From Ascoidea asiatica JCM 7603 (taxonomy: Eukaryota > Fungi > Ascomycota), in contig BCKQ01000001.1 of the NCBI GenBank assembly GCA_001600695.1, positions 2,166,768-2,230,767 of the forward strand: 64,000 nucleotides of DNA. The letters are read 5' to 3'. Shown piece after piece: positions 48,248-59,627 of this stretch; within the stretch, counting starts at the first letter, position 1, and every line of letters begins with the position of its first letter. Below the pieces are notes generated by a model that was given only the letters and a program-made list of their open reading frames with translations, was not told the DNA's origin and made no database searches. The position numbers and the translations under genes were made by a program.

Positions 48248-50137
48248 ATGGAAAAACCCTCACCGTCTCAAGATGCTTTTAACTTAACAATCAATCAGGA
48301 TGATTCAATCCTAAATTTAAATCCTTCACATCCTTCAAATCCTTCACATCCTTCAAGTATTTCAAATCCATTAACTAATACTAATCCAAGTAGTATTAGT
48401 ATTGGTAATGCAAGTAATAAAACTCGTAATAGTTGTGTTACTTCTGCTACAAGTATTACTTATATTGATGATTTAATCGAAAAATCAATTTCAAAACATT
48501 TAATTATTGTATCCCCTGAAGAGAATAGAGTTAAATTTAATAAATTTAGTAATTTTTTAAAAAATTTAAAATCTTTATCACCTTTTAAAAATTTTATTAA
48601 TTTAAATAAAAAATTTAATGATTATTCAAAATTAAATAATTATTATGGTTATTTTTTTAAAGGTTTATTATTTTTAGGTTGGCCAATAATTTTATATCCT
48701 TTTGTAATTATTGGTTTAATTGTTGGTGTTAATCATAATTCTGTTGATTCAAAAATTGTTTTTGTTTTAAATATTTTTGCAATTTTACCTTTATCAATTA
48801 ATATTAGTAAAGCAACTGAATCTTTAGCAAGATTAACAAATAGTTCAATTGGTGCTTTAATTAATATTACTTTTGGTAATTCAATTGAATTAATTTTTAC
48901 AATTATTGCTTTAACAAAAGGTGAATTAACTGTTGTACAATGTTCAATGATTGGTTCATACTTAACAAATGCTTTATTAATTTTAGGTGGTGCAATGATT
49001 TCTGGTTCAATTCATTTTAAAGAATTAAAATTTGATAGTTTAAGTTCTTATTTTAATATTATTTTCATTGCTTTAAATGGTTTCATTATTAGATTAATTT
49101 ATTATTTTAATGAATCTTCAAACTTAAATGGTAATAAAAATAAAGATTTAATCTCAGATTATTTAAATCCATCTTTAGATATTTTAAAAATTTCAAGAGG
49201 TATTGCAGTTTTAAAAATTATTTTATATATTCTTTATTTGGCTTTACCTTTAATGTATAAAAAACATATTAACTCAGGTATTGAATATCAAGATATTGAA
49301 GATCAAAAATCTATTGATAATATTGAAAGCAATATTGAAAATAATTTTGATAATGATCTTGATGATTTGAGTGATAATCTGAACAACAATAATAATAATA
49401 ATAATATTTCAAGAATTTCATCTAGATCTTCTTTTAGTTCTGAACATGTTAGATTTAATCCTGAATTAAATGTAAATGTTGAAAAGAAACAATCAACTTT
49501 AGATAATGATGATTTTCATGAAATTGATAATGAATTAAATAATGAATTTAATATTCAAAGTGTTGATCAAGTTAATAATCAAACTAATGTTTACAATAAT
49601 GACAATAATATTGGTAATTCAATTTTAACAAAAGATGAAAAGAAAAAAGGTTTAGTCAATCATTTTAAGCGTAATATTAAATTTTATTTATATGCTTTAT
49701 ATTTATTAATTAATACAATCATTGTTGCTTTCAATTCTGAATATATTCTTGATTCAATTGATGATTTTTCTGAAGAATCTGGTTTATCAAAAGATTTTAT
49801 TTCTTTAATTATTATTCCAATTATTGCAAATGCTGCAGAACATGTATCTTCAATTGTTGTTGCATATAAAGGTAAAATGAATCTAGCAATGAATATTGCT
49901 ATTGGATCTGCTGTTCAAATTGATTATTTTATTTGTCCATTATTAATTTTAATTGCTGCTGGTACAATTACTGATTATTCATTTTTATTTCAAAGTTTAA
50001 TTATGGAATGTTATTTTGCTGCATGTATAATTACATGCTTTGTTATTATGCATGGTAAAGGTTATTTCATGGCTGGTATTTTATGCATTTTCTCATATGT
50101 TATTATTGGTCTTTTAATTTATTTTAGTAAATTTTAA
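48248..50137 (+). CDS. VCX1: Ca2+/H+ antiporter (CAX/Vcx1 family), diverged
   Basis: Alpha-1 repeat GALINITFGNSIELI, alpha-2 repeat IIPIIANAAEH, KMNLAMNIAIGSAVQI, and an acidic central loop. Confidence 0.82.
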   Translation: MEKPSPSQDAFNLTINQDDSILNLNPSHPSNPSHPSSISNPLTNTNPSSISIGNASNKTRNSCVTSATSITYIDDLIEKSISKHLIIVSPEENRVKFNKFSNFLKNLKSLSPFKNFINLNKKFNDYSKLNNYYGYFFKGLLFLGWPIILYPFVIIGLIVGVNHNSVDSKIVFVLNIFAILPLSINISKATESLARLTNSSIGALINITFGNSIELIFTIIALTKGELTVVQCSMIGSYLTNALLILGGAMISGSIHFKELKFDSLSSYFNIIFIALNGFIIRLIYYFNESSNLNGNKNKDLISDYLNPSLDILKISRGIAVLKIILYILYLALPLMYKKHINSGIEYQDIEDQKSIDNIESNIENNFDNDLDDLSDNLNNNNNNNNISRISSRSSFSSEHVRFNPELNVNVEKKQSTLDNDDFHEIDNELNNEFNIQSVDQVNNQTNVYNNDNNIGNSILTKDEKKKGLVNHFKRNIKFYLYALYLLINTIIVAFNSEYILDSIDDFSEESGLSKDFISLIIIPIIANAAEHVSSIVVAYKGKMNLAMNIAIGSAVQIDYFICPLLILIAAGTITDYSFLFQSLIMECYFAACIITCFVIMHGKGYFMAGILCIFSYVIIGLLIYFSKF

Positions 50138-50250
50138 AAGTAATTTCATATATATTTATTTACAGGACTATATTTATTTATATAGTTAATTCAGTAGTAG
50201 TTCGTCTATAATAAATTATTTATTATATTATTATTTGTTTATTTAATTAA

Positions 50251-51534
50251 TCAGTAGGCCATTAGAGCAATTAAAGAATCAATTATTGAAGCAGCAGCTA
50301 AACCAGTGATTTGACCTGGAGAATCATATATTGGACTAACTTCAACAACATCAGCGCCAATTAAATTTATACCAAGTAAACCATCAATAATACTTAAAAT
50401 TTCTCTTGTTGTGAAACCACCAGGTTCAGAAGTTCCAGTTGCAGGAGCTGTTGCAGGATCTAAAGTATCAATATCAAAAGAAATATAAACAGGATTATTA
50501 TTTGAAAATTGAATTCTATTTTTAATTTTTTTGATTATACCTTTTATACCAATAAAATCAATTTCTCTTGCATTAATAATTTCAAAACCACATTTTCCAT
50601 CATGTTTTAAATCATAATCTTTATTAATTAAAGGAGCCCTAATACCAACATGTAAAGAAGTATTTTTATTTATATAATTTTTTTCAGCAGCATAATGTAA
50701 AAAAGTACCATGATTTAAACTTGAATATGAAGTTTGTCCACCACCTAAAAGTTTTGGATTCCAAGTATCTAAATGACTATCAAAATGTATAAGAGTTAAT
50801 GGACCAAATTTTTCATAAGCACTTTTTAAAGTTAATAAAGTTATTGTATGATCACCACCTAAAGTTATAATTCTTGTATTATTAAATTTTTTATTTTTAA
50901 TTTCATCAATATCTTTTGGATTTGGAGTTTTATAATTATGAATTAATCTTTGACCACGATATAATTGATTCAAAGCAATTCTATTATCAAAAGGAGACAT
51001 TGGTACATCACCACAATCTACAACTTTTAACATATCATAAGCATTAATATCATTATAATCATTATTATTCCCATTGTTATCACCAAAATAATTTCTTACA
51101 GTTGTTGAACCGCCAGTACCAATTCTTTTACTTGCTTCTCTTATGCCACTTGGGCCAAATCTTGCACCAGGTCTATAAGTTACTCCAGTATCAAAAGGAG
51201 CACCAACAATTGCAATATCAAAAGTTTCTGAATTAATTAAAGATTTATTAAAACAATTTATATATTGTTTTTTTGAAAAAGTTGAAATACCTGCATATAA
51301 AGGATATTGATCGGAAACTAAATCAGAAACATCATCTTTATTTGGATAAGTAAATTTTGAATTTGAATTTGATTTTGAATTTAAAGAGAATTGATTTTGA
51401 TTATCATTTTGATTAATATTTTCATTATCATTATCATTTTCATAAATTATATCACCAAAATTATCATCTAAGAAAGAAGATTGAGCTAACGTTGATAAAG
51501 TTAAAGATAATAAAATCTTTGATAAGAAATACAT
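50251..51534 (-). CDS. Ureohydrolase (agmatinase/guanidinobutyrase family) with an N-terminal signal peptide
   Basis: Motifs GAPFDTGVTYRPGARFGP, GGDHT, HFDSHLDT, SFDIDTLDP and DVVEVSP; hydrophobic N-terminus MYFLSKILLSLTLSTLAQS. Confidence 0.9.
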   Translation of the reverse strand: MYFLSKILLSLTLSTLAQSSFLDDNFGDIIYENDNDNENINQNDNQNQFSLNSKSNSNSKFTYPNKDDVSDLVSDQYPLYAGISTFSKKQYINCFNKSLINSETFDIAIVGAPFDTGVTYRPGARFGPSGIREASKRIGTGGSTTVRNYFGDNNGNNNDYNDINAYDMLKVVDCGDVPMSPFDNRIALNQLYRGQRLIHNYKTPNPKDIDEIKNKKFNNTRIITLGGDHTITLLTLKSAYEKFGPLTLIHFDSHLDTWNPKLLGGGQTSYSSLNHGTFLHYAAEKNYINKNTSLHVGIRAPLINKDYDLKHDGKCGFEIINAREIDFIGIKGIIKKIKNRIQFSNNNPVYISFDIDTLDPATAPATGTSEPGGFTTREILSIIDGLLGINLIGADVVEVSPIYDSPGQITGLAAASIIDSLIALMAY

Positions 51535-52886
51535 TTTTGATATATTATATAAGATATAATACTATATGATATATAAAATATGATATAATATAAAACAATA
51601 TAATGGAATATATATATAGAAGGGAGATAAAGAATTCAAGATATAATTCATTCTTTTTATATAAGTTATCCAAATTACATAATAAGGGATATAAAGTAAA
51701 ACATTTTAAGGATGTTTTGAGGATATTTTGAGATAAATTGATTAGATTTTGCTGGTTGGGCACCTAATTGATTAAATTAAGTTTAAATTTGGATGAAATT
51801 GAATAAATTTGATCATTTTAATCAACTTTATGGAAAGTACTAAAGTAATATTCTTTTTATGAAATATTTGAAATTTGAGAAATATCGAATATTCGACATA
51901 TTCGACTTAATTGAGTTAAGTGATTAAAAAGGGTTTTTTAGGAAACTGTCGAAGGCTATCAGAAAAAGTTCGGGTCGAAATTCCAGAAAAAGACAGATCA
52001 GAAAACCGGCGACTGAATCGTCAACAGCCAAACGAGACCCAGGCAACGAAGAAAAAAGACAAAGTAAAATTTACAATGTTACGTAATAACAGATGACAGA
52101 AAAAATAAAAAGCAATAGTTCCCTGATTCAGATTCAGCCGCCAGTAAACTGTACCAGCCATTACAAGTTCCTCTTACAGTTGAGTGTGGCGGTGCGTGTG
52201 TCTGACACAAGGCGAGAATGCGCCTGCGCGTTCCACTCCCAGTCAGGGCCAGAATCCTCCCCGTGTTTAGTGAAACTTGCGTTGGGCTTGGGCTCGGTGC
52301 TTATTTCTGGAGTATTCCTCTGGCTGGCAACGGTTAACGAATCACTTTCTTCTCTCTTTTTTTGCTCTTCTTTGGCTTTTCTTTGGCTTTTCTTTTGATT
52401 GCCGGTGCTTTGCCGCTGCTCCAAATATCGATAGCGCCAATTTTACCAAAACACTCTTTATTTTCTATTCATCTTTTCTATTATTTAGACCATTTCATAC
52501 TAATTTTCCTTTATTTTTTTGCACTCTTTTTCATCTTTTTTATTATTTTCTATTAATTTTCAAGTTTCTCTTCATTTTTTTTCTAAAAAAATGTGACCAA
52601 ATTTGATTCCGATGTCAAATAATGCAGATCAATGTATGCCTTCTCCAACAATCTATTATCCACTTTCATCTAAATTTATTGAAGATTTAAGCAAAAAAAA
52701 TTTAATATAAATTTAATTGTTTCTTCTTCTTTTTATTTTATTACATTTTTATATATTATTTTAGTTTATTGGATTTCAATTGTTTTAATTCTATTTTATC
52801 TTATTCTACCAAATATTATATAAAAATATATATTAAATATCAATTATATATTCAAAATTTAAATTATATCAAATTTTTAATCAAAA

Positions 52887-54365
52887 ATGGTTCCAGTTTT
52901 AAAAAATCCAGAACTTTTAGCAAAAGGTGCTTTTATTAATGGTGAATGGATAACAAATTCAAATTCAAATAAATATTTTAAAGTTTATGATCCTGCAACT
53001 TTAAAAGAAATTGGTGAATTACCTGATCAAGATTCTAATATAGTTGATGAAGCAATAAATCATGCTTCAATTGCTTTTAATTCTTTTAAAAAATCTTCTC
53101 CAAGAGAAAGATCAAAAATTTTAATTGATATGCATAATATAATGTTAGAAAATATTGATGATTTAGCAAAAATTATAACTTGGGAAAATGGTAAACATAT
53201 TTCTGAATCAATTGGTGAAATTAAATATGCTGCTTCTTATTTTCAATGGTATTCTGAAGAAGCTCCAAGAATTTATGGTACTACAATTCAACCTTCAAAT
53301 CCAACAAATAGAGTCTTTACAATTCGTCAACCAATTGGTGTTTGTGGTATAATAACTCCATGGAATTTTCCTTCTGCAATGATAACAAGAAAAGCTGCAG
53401 CTGCTATTGCTGCTGGTTGTACTGTAATTATAAAACCTGATCATCAAACTCCATATTCTGCTTTAGCTTTAGCTTATCTTTTTAATAAAATTAATTTACC
53501 AAAAGGTGTTTTTAATATAATTTTATCAAAAACTTTTGTACCTGAAATTGGTTTAAAATTATGTGAAAATAAAATTATTAAAAAAATTTCATTTACAGGT
53601 TCAACAAATATTGGTAAAATTTTAATGAAACAATCTTCTTCAACTTTGAAAAAATTATCTTTAGAATTAGGTGGTAATGCTCCTTTAATAATTTTTAATG
53701 ATGCTGATTTAGATATTGCAATTGATCAAGCAATTGCTTCTAAATTTAGAGGTTTAGGACAAACTTGTGTTTGTGCAAATAGAATTTATATTCAAGATAA
53801 AATTTATAATGAATTTATTGAAAAATTTATTAATAAAGTTAAAGATTTTAAAATTGGTAATGGTTTTGATAAAAATTCAACTCATGGTTGTTTAATTAAT
53901 GAAAATTCAATTTTAAAACTTGAAGATCATATAACTGATGCAATTTCAAAAGGTGCTAAAATTAAAGTTAAAGGTGGTAGATTACCAACTTTAGGTCCAA
54001 ATTTTTATAATCCAACAGTTTTAATTGATTGTAATGAAAATATGAAAGTTTCAAATGAAGAAACTTTTGCTCCATTAGCTGCAATTTTTAAGTTTAATAA
54101 TATTAATGAAGTTATAAATTATGCAAATAATGTTGAACATGGTTTAGCTTCTTATGTTTTCACCAAAGATATTAATAATATTTATTTAATGTCAGAAAAT
54201 TTAGATTATGGTATGGTAAGTTGTAATACTGGTTTATTTTCTGATTCTTCTGTACCTTTTGGTGGTATTAAAGAATCTGGTTTTGGTAGAGAAGGTTCTT
54301 TACATGGTATTGAAGATTATACCGTTCTTAAAGCAATCACAATTGGTAATATTCCAACCTTATAA
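52887..54365 (+). CDS. UGA2: Succinate-semialdehyde dehydrogenase
   Basis: Motifs ITPWNFPSAMITRK, SFTGST, LELGGNAP, KFRGLGQTCVCANR, EETFAP and PFGGIKESGFGREGS. Confidence 0.93.
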   Translation: MVPVLKNPELLAKGAFINGEWITNSNSNKYFKVYDPATLKEIGELPDQDSNIVDEAINHASIAFNSFKKSSPRERSKILIDMHNIMLENIDDLAKIITWENGKHISESIGEIKYAASYFQWYSEEAPRIYGTTIQPSNPTNRVFTIRQPIGVCGIITPWNFPSAMITRKAAAAIAAGCTVIIKPDHQTPYSALALAYLFNKINLPKGVFNIILSKTFVPEIGLKLCENKIIKKISFTGSTNIGKILMKQSSSTLKKLSLELGGNAPLIIFNDADLDIAIDQAIASKFRGLGQTCVCANRIYIQDKIYNEFIEKFINKVKDFKIGNGFDKNSTHGCLINENSILKLEDHITDAISKGAKIKVKGGRLPTLGPNFYNPTVLIDCNENMKVSNEETFAPLAAIFKFNNINEVINYANNVEHGLASYVFTKDINNIYLMSENLDYGMVSCNTGLFSDSSVPFGGIKESGFGREGSLHGIEDYTVLKAITIGNIPTL

Positions 54366-54430
54366 TCATTTTTTTTATTTATTTACTTTATTCACTTATT
54401 ATTCTCAATTATATTTTCAATTATTATTCT

Positions 54431-55096
54431 TTAATACATATCTTCTGTAAATTCATCTTTCTTATTACTATTATTACCTTTTCTCGGGAGTTCATTTGAT
54501 AATATTATATTCGATTGATCTTCTTCAAAAGTTTTTTCAAAAAGTGATTTTTTTGAATCATTTATGGAATCTTTTATAAAATCTTGAATCAAATCATTCT
54601 CAGATTCCTTTATTGAATTGATATTCTCAATATTTTCGATATCTTTAATGTCTCGGATATCTTTTTTCTTTTCTTTAAATCTTAATGGAGTTCTAGATTT
54701 GAATAGTTTTTTACTTTCTATTTTACTTTCAAATTTAATATCTATTTTTCTTTTTTTATCATTTTCTTTTTTTATAAGATTTATTCTTAAATTATTAACT
54801 TCATTATCGATTTCATTAATATCTTTATTTTGATCTTCTAAAATTTCTCTTAATTCCATACATTTAATTTCAATTTTTCTTTTATTTTCATGATTTATTA
54901 ATAAATTTGATTTTTTAATAAAATTTGAATTTTTTTTTAATTTATTTTTTTTATTTATTTCTTCTTTATTATTAAAATTATCATATTTTTTATTATATAA
55001 AGGTTTTTTTTGTATTGTACTAACTATACTTTTTTGAACATAACCATTAGTTCCTGTTCCCCTTGGAGTTGGTAATCCTATTCCATTATACGACAT
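54431..55096 (-). CDS. CWC21: Pre-mRNA splicing factor Cwc21
   Basis: MSYNGIGLPTPRGTGTNGYVQKS and HENKRKIEIKCMELREILED. Confidence 0.93.
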   Translation of the reverse strand: MSYNGIGLPTPRGTGTNGYVQKSIVSTIQKKPLYNKKYDNFNNKEEINKKNKLKKNSNFIKKSNLLINHENKRKIEIKCMELREILEDQNKDINEIDNEVNNLRINLIKKENDKKRKIDIKFESKIESKKLFKSRTPLRFKEKKKDIRDIKDIENIENINSIKESENDLIQDFIKDSINDSKKSLFEKTFEEDQSNIILSNELPRKGNNSNKKDEFTEDMY

Positions 55097-56360
55097 TTCA
55101 ATAGTATTTAATTTATCAGTTTATTAATTATTGAATATTTTTAAATAAAAGTAGTTTTATCATCTGTATCTGTATTCCATTTTTCTTATTTTGATTTTGT
55201 AAGATCTTTTTCACATAAAGGTAATCAAAATTAGAAGTCTTTGGAGTGTGAATGCAGGATGATATACTTTCCGACCCATGATTCCCGGAATTCAATACAC
55301 TTAAAAAATATTCCGACCTTCTTTATGTGGCTGGTGGCTAAAAAGAACCTTTCTTAAACGGAATACAGCTTGTATTTACAGCCAAAAACAGCATCTGACC
55401 TTGTCCGGGAAAAACACTTCATTGAGAGTATTTTGTGTTCTGAGGAAGAATCGGTGATCAAAATTGGAATTTTATATGTAGCCGATCACGTGAACAACCA
55501 GCTTCTCCAGTGGCAATGGCATCCACTTTTAGTCGAATATATCGAATGATGCTTTTATTTCTATTTCCTGCTGTGGAAAATTGCAGTCTGCTTCAGAATC
55601 ATAAAGGATAAAGGATAAAGAATAAAGAAGATTCCATTTATTAGATGGAATCAAAAGAAATCAAATCTTATGAAATCAAATCAAATCTTATGAGTCCAAA
55701 TCTCCCACTGTGTGCTAAGTTAAGAAACATAAACATGAGAAATATGATATGTTCTATATGATAAAACATGGAACACTCCCAATTATATTTCTCTATCCAC
55801 GACAGCAGCAGTCTTTACATGGGTTTGTGATCGCAGCTGGGCCTGAATTCTGCTTTATTATGATCGTTTCTGCTCTTATTTCAATTTATTTCTTTTGATT
55901 TTTATTCAAATTCTGATTCAACATATTTTTTAAAGTGTTTAAGCTTGTGATTTGCTTGCTCCTCGATTTATTCTTTCATTTTGCTTTCAAAATCTCAAAA
56001 TATTTTCCCACTCTATCAATTAACTCTCTGTAAAAAGCTCTTATTTACTGTATGTGACTTTACTCTATAATGAAGGAGTGATATACTAAAGTTTTTAATA
56101 TTATTTTCATTAATGATAATTACTTTACAAATCATTTATTTTCTTTTTTTTTAAAGTAATATTAGTTAATCTTAATCATTTTATCATATTCAATTTTTTC
56201 CTTTTCCATAATTTGATAAATGTGGTTGATTAATATATTTTGATTCAAAAGAATCATTTATTAACAAAATACTAAATATATTCAAATAAAAGATATTTTA
56301 TTCAGAATCTCAAATCATTTCTTTTTCACTTATAATTAAATCAATATTTAAATATTAATA

Positions 56361-58967
56361 ATGGATAGTTCTATAATTAATTCTGAGGATTTCAGATCCA
56401 AACATGGACTTATTGATAATTCAATACCAAATTCATTTTCTAATATAAATTTAAATCTAAATTTAAATTCAAATTCAAATTCAAATTTGAATTTGTCGAA
56501 AAAGAATAATAATATAAATAAAAATATTAATCAAAATATGGATCCAAGTTTAAATCCAACCATTAATTTAAATCCAAACCAATCTCAAATCAAAAACTTT
56601 AACTCGGATGTAGAAATGGATTCAATTACTTCTGAAGATTTAACTCAAAAATATTTTGATTTCTTAGATTTCTTAAAATTAATACCAATCTCAGACTCAA
56701 ATAATTTACTTTCTCAATCTCAATCTCAATCTGGTATTCAATCTGGGTCTCAATCTGAAATTCAATCTGAGATACCATTAGAGCATAAATCTCATTCAAG
56801 ATCTCATTCCCAATCAAGAATTGATAAAAAAAAAAATAAAATTGCAAGATTATCAAAATTACAATTCATTGAATTAGTGAATGATGTATATTATGAATAT
56901 TCAAAAAGATTTAAAAAATTAAATCTTTCAAACAATAATATTAATAATAATAATAATATCAATGATAATACTAATGATAATAATTATGCTTCTTCTTCGT
57001 TTGAAAATGTTAATAAAGATCCATATATTTTAAGAAGATCTGAAGCCAAAAAAAAACTTTCTTCTTTATCGACAATAAGATTCAATGAATTAATTGTTGA
57101 TGTAACTAGAGAAATTGAAAGAAGACAATTATATAATTCAAATAAAGCTTTTCAGTTCACAAAAGGTTTAAACCAAAATTCTAATCATAATTCTAATCAA
57201 AATCTGAATCAACTCAACAACTCTTATTCTAATTCTCAATCACAATTCAATGACCAAAATTATAATCAAAAATCAATTCAAAATCTAATCCAAAATCAAA
57301 ACCAAAGCAGTTTCTATACAGATTTAGAAACTAAATCTCCTCGGAAATTATCTAGATTAAATACTTTCAAAGATCTAAATTCAAGTTTAATATCAAATGG
57401 TAATCCGAATAGTATTCCAAATGCTAATTCAAACAGTAATTCAGCTAATAATTCTCCAATAAAAATGTCTTCAATATCTGATATGAGAAAAAAAATCTCT
57501 AGATCTAATTCTAAAAAAACTATTTCCATTGATAAACATTCTATGGATAAAGATAAACAAATTCAAGTTTTAATACAAGAAGGTGAAAAAATGGATGATG
57601 TTATCCAAAATTTAGAAAACAAAATTTTCAATTTAAATAAATCTCTTACCAAAATTGAATCAGAATTAGAAAATGAAAAAGAAAGATTCACTTCTTCAAC
57701 TAAAATTTTTGATAATTTAATAGAAAAATGGGATCTTGAGAAATCAAGATTAGTTAATGAAAAAAAAAATTTACGTGAACAATTAAATCAAAATGAAATT
57801 GAACTTAATAGATTAAAAGCAAGAAATTATAAGGATAAATATATTTCTAAAGAATCTCCAAAAAATAGTTCTCCAAAAATTAACTCTTCCAAAATTAATT
57901 CCTATTTTAATTCAACTTCTCCTCTTAGCTTCAAATCTCCAAAAAGTAGCTCTTTTCCAATGAATCCAAATCAATCTTCTTTTAATCAAATTTTAGAAAC
58001 TTATTTCGATCCAAATTCTTTAGAATCCTATATCTCATTTGATGGAGTTCTATCTTATGATGATATTACAAATCTGAAAATGGAAGTTAAAAATTTCATA
58101 AATCTGATAAATGATACAAGAGATTCTTGTCTACTTACTGGAAGAATGAAAAAAATATCTCTTTTCGCAAGTTCTTTTTCAGACCAAGGATTAGCTTCAA
58201 ATGAAGAAATTTATTCCAAATGGTTGAGCTCTACTATCTCAAATGCTAATTTTGCAATAGCTCAATTCAGTCTTGATGAAAAATTTCCTGAAATTATTAT
58301 TCTTGGTTTAATGATACAATTATTATATGCTATTCATAAATTAATGTCAGTTATAAAAATAAAAGATGATATTAAAATAATTGAATCCTCTACTAAAGAT
58401 CACTCTAATGAGATAAATGAATCAATTGGACCACTGAATCTCAGCCCTGAATCGAAAGCTAGTGATGAAAGTAGTAAAGTATTTGAAAAACATTCGAATT
58501 TAAACTCAAATCCTGCTTCTTCAATTACTGAAGATAGTGATTCAACTTTATTGAATGAAAATTTCAAAAATTCCAAAAATAATTCTGGCTCAAATCAAGA
58601 AAAATCAGTAAAAGTAAATGAAAAATCTGACCTTAAAGATTCTCAAAATTATGTACCAAATGCTAGAAAATCACCTAAAGCACTAGTGGATTTATGGGGT
58701 GCAGTTCCAAAAACAGAATCATTAATACCTAGAAGTAATAGTAAAGATCAGATGTCCATTGAAGGAAAATTTGACTCTACTAAAATGAAAACTGTTAGAA
58801 GAACTTCTGGTAATATCAGTAATATTTTAAAACAATTTGAGTCTCAAGATGATAAACCTGTTGTTAAATTCCCGGTAAAAAGAGATCCAGTTAAAATTGG
58901 ACGTTTAGTAAATAGATTCAATTTCGAATCGGACGATACTCCTGAAAAATCTGTTAATAAGCATTAA
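56361..58967 (+). CDS. SPA2: Spa2/Sph1-like polarisome scaffold (two SHD/GIT repeats and a coiled coil), diverged
   Basis: KIARLSKLQFIELVNDVYYEYSKR and RSEAKKKLSSLSTIRFNELIVDVTREIERR, followed by DKQIQVLIQEGEKMD and a coiled coil. Confidence 0.72.
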   Translation: MDSSIINSEDFRSKHGLIDNSIPNSFSNINLNLNLNSNSNSNLNLSKKNNNINKNINQNMDPSLNPTINLNPNQSQIKNFNSDVEMDSITSEDLTQKYFDFLDFLKLIPISDSNNLLSQSQSQSGIQSGSQSEIQSEIPLEHKSHSRSHSQSRIDKKKNKIARLSKLQFIELVNDVYYEYSKRFKKLNLSNNNINNNNNINDNTNDNNYASSSFENVNKDPYILRRSEAKKKLSSLSTIRFNELIVDVTREIERRQLYNSNKAFQFTKGLNQNSNHNSNQNLNQLNNSYSNSQSQFNDQNYNQKSIQNLIQNQNQSSFYTDLETKSPRKLSRLNTFKDLNSSLISNGNPNSIPNANSNSNSANNSPIKMSSISDMRKKISRSNSKKTISIDKHSMDKDKQIQVLIQEGEKMDDVIQNLENKIFNLNKSLTKIESELENEKERFTSSTKIFDNLIEKWDLEKSRLVNEKKNLREQLNQNEIELNRLKARNYKDKYISKESPKNSSPKINSSKINSYFNSTSPLSFKSPKSSSFPMNPNQSSFNQILETYFDPNSLESYISFDGVLSYDDITNLKMEVKNFINLINDTRDSCLLTGRMKKISLFASSFSDQGLASNEEIYSKWLSSTISNANFAIAQFSLDEKFPEIIILGLMIQLLYAIHKLMSVIKIKDDIKIIESSTKDHSNEINESIGPLNLSPESKASDESSKVFEKHSNLNSNPASSITEDSDSTLLNENFKNSKNNSGSNQEKSVKVNEKSDLKDSQNYVPNARKSPKALVDLWGAVPKTESLIPRSNSKDQMSIEGKFDSTKMKTVRRTSGNISNILKQFESQDDKPVVKFPVKRDPVKIGRLVNRFNFESDDTPEKSVNKH

Positions 58968-59627
58968 TTGAAAATCTAATGTGGGAACTTATATTATACT
59001 TTGAGAGTAAAATTGGATTTTTTTTTTAAAATATAATAAATTAACTATTTATCTTTGATTAATTTACAGTAAACTAATGAAACAGTACACTGTTGTAGTT
59101 GAAGGATATTTTCAAACACTTTTCTATAAGTTGGGTTTTATCAAAAAAAAAAAGTTTGAAGAGATCTAAAAATAAATCAGAAATTAAACTGATTCCAATA
59201 TCAAAAAAATTTAGAAAAAAAAATTTTATACAGAAAAAAAAAAGCAGCAATATACGACAATGATTGTTTTAATGGAAAGACAATGTTTGTAAGCATTATA
59301 AAAAAATTATTGAGATAATAACGATAATTGAAAAAAACTTTAAAAAATTTGAAAAGTCAAAAACTTAAAAACTAAAAAATTAAAAAACTTAAAAAAACAA
59401 AGGAATAAAAAATTAACTTATTGATTTTAATGTTAAATAAAGAGCCCATCAGGTACTAACAAACTATGTATATAAATATTTTGAGAATTAAATAAAACGT
59501 ATTAAAATAAAACTATAACAAGAAGCCAAACTTATGCAAACAAAATGATAAAATAAAAATGAAAAATCCAAGATCAGAGATCAAAGAATAAAAAACTTAA
59601 AAAAAAACAAAAACAGAGATTTAATGA

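Noticed and set aside
1-50137. Ion-homeostasis gene cluster (MAM3, PMA, VHC1 x2, VCX1)
   Set aside because: Spread over 50 kb among unrelated housekeeping genes, with no evidence beyond chance.
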